DNA of 16,766 nucleotides from Candidatus Thorarchaeota archaeon (GTDB taxonomy: Archaea > Asgardarchaeota > Thorarchaeia > Thorarchaeales > Thorarchaeaceae). A program made the translations under genes and the position numbers. The notes below the pieces were generated by a model. That model was given only the letters and a program-made list of their open reading frames with translations. It was not told the DNA's origin and ran no database searches. Position 1 is the stretch's first letter. Every line of letters begins with the position of its first letter. The stretch lies in assembly GCA_048882485.1 (NCBI GenBank), contig JBHLRP010000065.1, positions 1 to 16,766 of the forward strand, read 5' to 3'. Shown here piece after piece: positions 12,061 through 16,766 of this stretch.

Positions 12061-12441
12061 ATGAAGATAACAAAAGTGATCCGCGCTCATGAAACTGAGA
12101 TTACAAAGACCCTAACTGCAAAGAAGGGAGAATCGCTTGAGGGCATAGAAAAGGAAACAACGTGGGAAGGATGGCTCTGGTGTCGAAATAAGGCGGATGT
12201 GTATGGATGGGTGCCAAAGTCCTATCTAGAGCCTTTATCGGAACCGGGAAAATACCAGTTACTCCAAGACTATACCTCTAGGGAGTTGAAAGGTCAACCT
12301 GGAGAAGAGGTGATGGTACTCATTGAAGAGAGCGGATGGGCATGGGCACGAACACCTCTTGGAGAGGAAGGCTGGATACCACTGGAGAATTTAGGTGATG
12401 TAACTACGCAGCCAGAGTCAGTCCCTGATCTGATGAAGTGA
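12061..12441 (+). CDS. Tandem SH3-domain protein (126 aa from ATG 12061; ORF track uses TTG 12049)
   Basis: Two SH3-like units. Unit 1: TLTAKKGESLEGIEKETTWEGWLWCRNKADVYGWVPKSYLE. Unit 2: YQLLQDYTSRELKGQPGEEVMVLIEESGWAWARTPLGEEGWIPLENL. Both follow the ALYDY...ELSFKKGD...WW.G...G..G.[FI]P.NY[VL] logic of classical SH3 domains. Confidence 0.7.
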   Translation: MKITKVIRAHETEITKTLTAKKGESLEGIEKETTWEGWLWCRNKADVYGWVPKSYLEPLSEPGKYQLLQDYTSRELKGQPGEEVMVLIEESGWAWARTPLGEEGWIPLENLGDVTTQPESVPDLMK

Positions 12442-12450
12442 GACGATTCT

Positions 12451-12807
12451 ATGGTGAAAAAGGAAGTTCCTCGATGCAGACAGGACTCATCAGTGCTATG
12501 TGATGATACATGCGTCTACAAGAGAGTTCTGGCAGTTATTGGAAAGAAGCACACTCTTGACATACTCAGAGTACTGGGCTATGACCGGACCGTCAGATTC
12601 AATGCTCTGCAGAATGAGATTCGGGGTAGTCCAAAGACCCTTACAGATCGCCTAAACGAACTTTGTTCTCTAGGAATAATCAAACGAGAAGCGTTTGCTG
12701 AAATTCCACCGCGTGTAGAATATTCATTGACAGAAAAGGGTCTGGACCTCACTCCTGTTATGGATGCACTGAGAGCTTGGTCATTGAAATGGGCTCTTCT
12801 AGGCTAG
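12451..12807 (+). CDS. HxlR-family winged-helix transcriptional regulator
   Basis: 118 aa. VLAVIGKKHTLDILRVL...RFNALQNEIRGSPKTLTDRLNELCSLGIIKREAFAEIPPRVEYSLTEKG matches the HxlR/YodB/HypR family signature (...PPRVEYSLTEKG). N-terminal Cys residues (C9, C17, C21). Begins 9 nt after the SH3 gene stop, so probably the same operon. Confidence 0.88.
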   Translation: MVKKEVPRCRQDSSVLCDDTCVYKRVLAVIGKKHTLDILRVLGYDRTVRFNALQNEIRGSPKTLTDRLNELCSLGIIKREAFAEIPPRVEYSLTEKGLDLTPVMDALRAWSLKWALLG

Positions 12808-12884
12808 GAAGGCAAAGCGATTACGCCGAACAGGCTGCTTAATAGATAATCATCTAATCACCTGGGTTCGCCGAGATGAGCTAG

Positions 12885-13940
12885 ATGTCCCAGGGAGAGC
12901 GTGAGTTTGAATACAAGACACTTGAGGACATATTAATCGCTTCTATCAGAGCCCCTCTTTTCAAAAGAGATGAACTGAGGGAGAGGTTCAATCACCTCAA
13001 GGAGATCTGTGGTTCGAAGATATCCGGTCCTGCAATGATCATCTATCATTGGGACACAAATGTGAAGGACGGTCTGGATGTAGAGGCTGCATATCCTGTT
13101 TCCGAGAATATAGAATCCGAGAGAGTTTCTTCAAGAATTCTAGAGGGATATGACGCATTCACCAAAATTCACAGGGGTCCGTATAACCAGCTATCCCTTG
13201 TGTTTAGAGAGTTACACGAGTTTCGTGCTTCCAGAGGACTAGCAGCTGAGCTTAATCCCCGTGAGGTGTACCTGACTGGTCCGTTTGAGAAGAATCATGA
13301 GGACAATGTGACTGAGCTTCAGACAACCATCCATCCGTGGGAATACCGATTCAAAACACGAATCAAGGAGGTCCTGGGTGAGAAAAAAGGGGGAAGAGTT
13401 TTACGTGGTGCTGAAGCAATCACCCCTTTCAGTACTGCTGCGGAGAGGAGTAAATGGGTCATAGCAGCGATAGAGCGTCTTGACAAGCTAGCTGATGAAG
13501 ACCAGAAGTGTGCAATCATCTCAAAATGTGCTCACGATAGACCTTTCGAAGACATACATCGGTTCAAGGAGATATTCAAAGAATCATGGGACATAGATAG
13601 GGTTCTAAAGGTCTACGGTGAAGATCTGCCTTGGCTTGAGAAGCCCTATCGCGAAGGCAAAATCCTGTATACCAGTAAGCCACCTGCTAATCGGGAGGAA
13701 TACGACAAGGCCCAGACACAGGATGAGCTGATAAGGGCTGCATGCTTTTGTCCAATTGTGCATGCTGCTCTTGAGAAGATGCCACGTACTTTCTGCTATT
13801 GCGGAGCTGGCTGGGCCGAACAATTATGGAGTGAAGTCGTCGGTCAGTCTGTGAGAGTAGAAATTGTTGAAACTGTGGTTGACGGCGGAAGAATGTGCAA
13901 ATTTGCAGTCCACCTCCCAGAATATGCAGTCAAGATGTAG
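12885..13940 (+). CDS. GyrI-like small-molecule-binding domain fused to a Cys-rich C-terminal domain of unknown function (351 aa)
   Basis: The N-terminal ~150 aa follow the GyrI-like/AraC-effector-binding pattern (FEYKTLEDILIASIR...GPAMIIYH...DVEAAYPV...GYDAFTKIHRGPYNQLSLVFRELHEFRASRGL...REVYLTGP). The C-terminal ~170 aa carry KCAIISKCAH, CFCPIVH, FCYCGAGW and a terminal MCKFAVHL. Confidence 0.78.
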   Translation: MSQGEREFEYKTLEDILIASIRAPLFKRDELRERFNHLKEICGSKISGPAMIIYHWDTNVKDGLDVEAAYPVSENIESERVSSRILEGYDAFTKIHRGPYNQLSLVFRELHEFRASRGLAAELNPREVYLTGPFEKNHEDNVTELQTTIHPWEYRFKTRIKEVLGEKKGGRVLRGAEAITPFSTAAERSKWVIAAIERLDKLADEDQKCAIISKCAHDRPFEDIHRFKEIFKESWDIDRVLKVYGEDLPWLEKPYREGKILYTSKPPANREEYDKAQTQDELIRAACFCPIVHAALEKMPRTFCYCGAGWAEQLWSEVVGQSVRVEIVETVVDGGRMCKFAVHLPEYAVKM

Positions 13941-14289
13941 ATCGTTCATTATCATCTGCATTCTGCTGCCCTCTCTCAAGAATGGGAATCACGTAGGTAT
14001 GTAGACTTCCCGTCACTGAATCATGCGTGACTCTCTTTAGAACACTGTCCAGCCTTTTCTCCACAGGATCCGTATCAAAGGACCTTGTCAGCAGCACAAG
14101 ATGTGCTCCCTCGTCCATAATGAAGAGGATCGTCATCATTACGGTATGTGAGAGGTCAAGATTCCTTATACCATTGAGAATCTCATCTGCCAAGTCTGTT
14201 GCTGCCTTACGAATCATATCGTTCCCTGGAACACTCCTTCTATCATGAATGATGTATCCCTTTGCCCCAAAATCAAGCTCTAGTCCCAT
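13930..14289 (-). CDS. Hypothetical protein (119 aa from ATG 14289)
   Basis: The track ORF (13930..14481) is trimmed to Met65 because its first 64 codons are low-quality sequence antisense to the TfoX_N-like gene. The remaining sequence MGLELDFGAKGYIIHDRR...HLVLLTRSFDTDPVEKRLDSVLKRV looks like a globular alpha/beta protein. It has only a weak, unverified resemblance to the Roadblock/LC7 pattern. Overlaps the convergent upstream gene by 11 nt. Confidence 0.5.
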   Translation of the reverse strand: MGLELDFGAKGYIIHDRRSVPGNDMIRKAATDLADEILNGIRNLDLSHTVMMTILFIMDEGAHLVLLTRSFDTDPVEKRLDSVLKRVTHDSVTGSLHTYVIPILERGQQNADDNERSTS

Positions 14290-14335
14290 GTGAGTTTGTG
14301 TGTATGAAGTGCATATAAGCCCCGAAGCAAATTGA

Positions 14336-14704
14336 GTGTCCAGCGGAGTTGATTTCGTGAAATGGGAGAAGCCCTCTGAAGACCTGATGGGCATTCTTGA
14401 AGCCAAGCTTGAGAATGTAAAGTGTGAGAAACGCAAGATGTTTGGGCAGTACGCCTTCTTTTTGAATGGAAACATGTTCACCGGGGTCTTTCAATCTAGA
14501 ATATTCCTGAGACTATCTTCAGAATCAAAGAAGAAAATTATGGAACAATATCCCTAAATCTCACATTTTGAGCCGAGAAAAGGGCAGGTCATGCAAGAAT
14601 ACATCGAAATCCCATCAAAACTAGTTGAAAACGAAGATATCTTCTCTGAGCTTCTAGATTCTTCAATCAATTATGCTAACAGACTTCCGTCTAAGAAGAA
14701 ATAG
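14336..14704 (+). pseudogene. TfoX_N-like gene interrupted by an in-frame TAA (14555-14557)
   Basis: The upstream part (GTG 14336) encodes ...KRKMFGQYAFFLNGNMFTGVFQSRIFLRLSSESKKKIMEQYP and then stops. The same frame continues ISHFEPRKGQVMQEYIEIPSKLVENEDIFSELLDSSINYANRLPSKKK to TAG 14702-14704. Together (122 codons) this is the full TfoX N-terminal-domain architecture (MFG..a....G.mF..v....l.lr... then FEP..G..M.eY...P...l....el..w...a..YA..LP.KKK). Confidence 0.7.
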
Positions 14705-14750
14705 GGATGCTTCGAAATCATTAAGTTGTGGTATCAGGGCCGATTACAAA

Positions 14751-15287
14751 ATGACCGACAGAGTCCTGATAGGGTACGGAACCCGATACGGTTCTACAGC
14801 TGAAACTGCAGAAGAAATGGCTACGGCTGTTCAAGAATCTGGAGTCGAAGTTGACGTTGTTGATTTGAAGAAAAGCGTTCTCCCCCGGCCTATCCAAGAT
14901 TACGATATGGTTGTCATTGGAAGTGGAATTCAAGCCGGACGGTGGGCAAGGGAGCCGCTGAAGTTCATAGAAAAGAACCTAGATGCCTTGGCAAAGAACA
15001 GAGTGGCAATCTTCGTGGTATGCGCTTATGCTGCCAATCCAGCGAAATGCGAATTTGCCCAGATTGAGTTTCTTAACAAAATCGTGGAAGAATATCCTTC
15101 ACTCGCACCTGTATCCACCGGTCTATTTCCTGGGGTCTTTGACTTCAGCAAGTACAATTTCCTGATGAGATTCCTCGTCAAACGCATTTTGAAGAGTGAA
15201 ATGGAACCGGGTCAGGAGATTCCCGAGAAGATTGACCTTCGTGACAATGAACGAGTGCGAGAATGGATTACAGAATTAGTTCGGTGA
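14751..15287 (+). CDS. Flavodoxin-like protein (Flavodoxin_5 / HemG-like family), 178 aa
   Basis: MTDRVLIGYGTRYGSTAETAEEMA...VDVVDLKK...YDMVVIGSGIQAGRWAREPLKFIEKN...NRVAIFVV is the standard long-chain flavodoxin-like/HemG-like pattern. The track start (14673) would overlap the TfoX_N-like tail; ATG 14751 matches family N-termini. Confidence 0.85.
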   Translation: MTDRVLIGYGTRYGSTAETAEEMATAVQESGVEVDVVDLKKSVLPRPIQDYDMVVIGSGIQAGRWAREPLKFIEKNLDALAKNRVAIFVVCAYAANPAKCEFAQIEFLNKIVEEYPSLAPVSTGLFPGVFDFSKYNFLMRFLVKRILKSEMEPGQEIPEKIDLRDNERVREWITELVR

Positions 15288-15414
15288 TGCGCGTCAGGCA
15301 GAAATTCATTACAGCATCTATCTCTTGATTCAGTATCGGCTCTTTTCGAAAGCATTAAACGAATCCGCACGAATAGGACAGAATAGTTTCACCCTAGCAA
15401 GAGGTTCAATAGAG

Positions 15415-15585
15415 ATGCCCGAACGGAAGCGTGCCCTCTTTGCAGTACTCGTTGTCTTGCTGCTAGCTGTGGTGGCAGTCGGTGTATATGTCAACTCAAA
15501 CTTCGAAGGTGAGCAAGAAACAGAAACAACAACAACTACGACCACGACAAGCACAAATACTGCACCACCCTGTACCACTGGTTGA
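15415..15585 (+). CDS. Short signal-anchor / Thr-rich ORF (56 aa), possibly the remnant of a surface-protein gene
   Basis: ATG 15415 has GAGG (15401-15404) 10 nt upstream. Translation: MPERKRALFAVLVVLLLAVVAVGVYVNSNFEGEQETETTTTTTTTSTNTAPPCTTG. This is a basic N-terminus, one TM/signal helix and a poly-Thr linker, ending abruptly at TGA. Confidence 0.4.
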   Translation: MPERKRALFAVLVVLLLAVVAVGVYVNSNFEGEQETETTTTTTTTSTNTAPPCTTG

Positions 15586-15917
15586 GGCCCTCCGCTGCTC
15601 GTGGCGTTGCCTCCCAATCCTTAGCAAGCCCATGAGGCGGCGGGTCTAGCAGAAGGCATTTACTTGAGGAATCTCACAGAAACAATGATGTTGGTACGTA
15701 AAGCAATGCAGTACCAGCTGAGGTGGGGGGAGCACCCCCAATCACTAGAGATTTCTCAAAAGCGTCGTTCTTAGCAGATAGTCCCTTATAGGGCTCTATA
15801 GAGTTACGTTGGTCAAGCCGCCTTGTCGAAACCGTTAAAAGCATCGCCAAGCGTGACACGCTAGCAGGTTCCCCCATTTAGGGGACCGTCTAATATTCAA
15901 TAAGGAGAATCATACCC

Positions 15918-16766
15918 TTGTCGAAAGAAAAGGAACATCTGAATCTCGTGGTCATTGGCCACGTAGATCACGGTAAGTCTACAATGACCGGTAGACTACT
16001 GTACGAGACTGGTGCGGTCGATGAGCGGACGTTCCAGCAGCACAAGGAAGAAGCAGAAAAGCTGGGTCGTCCGAGTTGGGCTTGGGCTTTTGCCCTTGAC
16101 CGCCTGAAAGAGGAGCGTGAGCGAGGTCTTACTATCGACATCGCTTTCTTCAAATTTCTAACCGATCGCTATTATTACACAATTATAGATGCCCCTGGTC
16201 ACAAGGACTTCATCAAAAACATGATTACAGGAGCATCACAGGCTGACGTAGGTTTACTAGTTGTATCGGCCAAGCGTGGTGAGTTCGAAGCTGGTGTTGG
16301 TCCAGGTGGTCAGACCAAGGAGCATGCGTACCTTGCAATGACACTTGGTGTACCCAGTATGATTGTCTGTGTTAACAAAATGGACGATGAAACTGTCAAA
16401 TACAGCCAGGACAGATACAATGAGGTAAAGGAAGAGGTTGAAGGATTCCTAAAGAGTATCGGTTTCAAGACCGACAAGATCCCATTCATTCCGACCTCTG
16501 CACTTGATGCGGCCAACCTCAAGGACAAGACTCCTGACCTCACTCCATGGTACGACGGCCCCGCACTACTTGAGGCCCTTGATATGGTCGAGCTTCCCCC
16601 GAAGCCTGTTGACAAGCCCCTGCGCTTGCCAATCAACGATGTCTACTCAATCAAAGGTGTCGGCACTGTCCCGGTCGGTCGTATCGAAACCGGTGTCATG
16701 AAGCCTGGCCAAAAGGTCACTTTCATGCCTCCAAACAAGACCGGTGAGGTAAAGACCATCGAGATG
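15918..16766 (+). CDS. tuf: Translation elongation factor EF-1alpha (aEF1A), 5' partial: 283 codons, continues past the window end
   Basis: Not in the ORF track because there is no stop in the window. TTG 15918 is preceded by AAGGAG (15902-15907). An in-frame TAA at 15891-15893 excludes any upstream ATG. Translation: (M)SKEKEHLNLVVIGHVDHGKST...DAPGHKDF...NKMD with all G1-G4 GTPase motifs. Confidence 0.97.
   Translation, partial: MSKEKEHLNLVVIGHVDHGKSTMTGRLLYETGAVDERTFQQHKEEAEKLGRPSWAWAFALDRLKEERERGLTIDIAFFKFLTDRYYYTIIDAPGHKDFIKNMITGASQADVGLLVVSAKRGEFEAGVGPGGQTKEHAYLAMTLGVPSMIVCVNKMDDETVKYSQDRYNEVKEEVEGFLKSIGFKTDKIPFIPTSALDAANLKDKTPDLTPWYDGPALLEALDMVELPPKPVDKPLRLPINDVYSIKGVGTVPVGRIETGVMKPGQKVTFMPPNKTGEVKTIEM

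Noticed and set aside
14290-14481. The N-terminal 64 codons of track ORF 13930..14481 (minus strand).
   Set aside because: The segment is antisense to the TfoX_N-like coding sequence and has poor composition (MNMFPFKKKAYCPNILRFSHF...). The gene was trimmed to ATG 14289.
14555-14557. The in-frame TAA in the TfoX_N-like gene, considered as programmed recoding or an alternative genetic code.
   Set aside because: TAA is used as the genuine stop of rpoB, rpoA1, rpoA2 and nusA in this same window. It is not a Sec (TGA) or Pyl (TAG) codon, and I recognised no recoding signal. A nonsense mutation or sequencing error is more parsimonious.
14673-14750. The 26-codon N-terminal extension of the flavodoxin ORF (MLTDFRLRRNRDASKSLSCGIRADYK).
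   Set aside because: It overlaps the conserved C-terminal tail of the TfoX_N-like reading frame. Flavodoxin-like proteins begin directly with the beta1 strand (M..VLI.YGS..G.T), which matches ATG 14751.
15325-15414. The TTG-initiated 30-codon extension of the Thr-rich ORF, and the antisense ORF 15330..15617.
   Set aside because: The extension has no SD and unconvincing sequence. The antisense ORF is the poly-Val mirror of the poly-Thr/TM region.
10225-15748. A 9-bp inverted match (CTAGTGATT at 10225-10233 and AATCACTAG at 15740-15748) near both island borders, considered as terminal inverted repeats of a mobile element. tRNA-Lys was also considered as an integration target.
   Set aside because: A 9-mer match between regions of this size is expected by chance at appreciable frequency, and it does not extend. 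There is no transposase or integrase, no copy of the tRNA 3' end elsewhere in the window, and the tRNA is 10 kb from the island.
15674-16636. Minus-strand ORFs 15674..15877, 15968..16153 and 16310..16636.
   Set aside because: The last two are antisense shadows of tuf. The first lies in the structured spacer, has no SD and no recognisable features.

Overview
This is an archaeal chromosome segment. Unsplit rpoB, split rpoA, the long EF-1alpha segment and a tRNA with a non-anticodon intron suggest a TACK/Asgard-type archaeon, but that is inference only. Positions 234-10194 hold the conserved transcription/translation supercluster, all on the + strand: tRNA-Lys(UUU) with an interrupted T-loop, rpoB, rpoA1 (A'), rpoA2 (A''), rpl30e, nusA, a 57-aa membrane ORF missing from the ORF track, rps12 and rps7. 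No rpoH precedes rpoB, and no fusA lies between rps7 and tuf. Instead a 5.7 kb mixed-strand accessory island (10195-15917) separates rps7 from tuf. The island encodes an EamA/DMT transporter and two tandem paralogous 2-TM proteins of unknown family. These paralogs are transcribed divergently, across a 55-bp palindrome, from a tandem-SH3 protein plus HxlR-family regulator operon. The island also carries a GyrI-like/Cys-rich fusion protein, a hypothetical protein, a TfoX_N-like gene broken by an in-frame TAA, a flavodoxin-like protein, and a short Thr-rich signal-anchor ORF followed by about 330 nt of ORF-free, hairpin-rich sequence. tuf (EF-1alpha) starts at a TTG and runs off the right edge. 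Most noteworthy: (1) an approximately 62-residue Lys/Ala/Pro/Thr-rich, linker-histone-like tail fused to the N-terminus of RNAP subunit A''; (2) the divergent palindrome-controlled module of 2-TM paralogs versus SH3-HxlR, for which I know no described function; (3) the T-loop intron in tRNA-Lys; (4) the nonsense-interrupted TfoX_N-like gene. I found no CRISPR array, transposase, integrase or recognisable defence gene.
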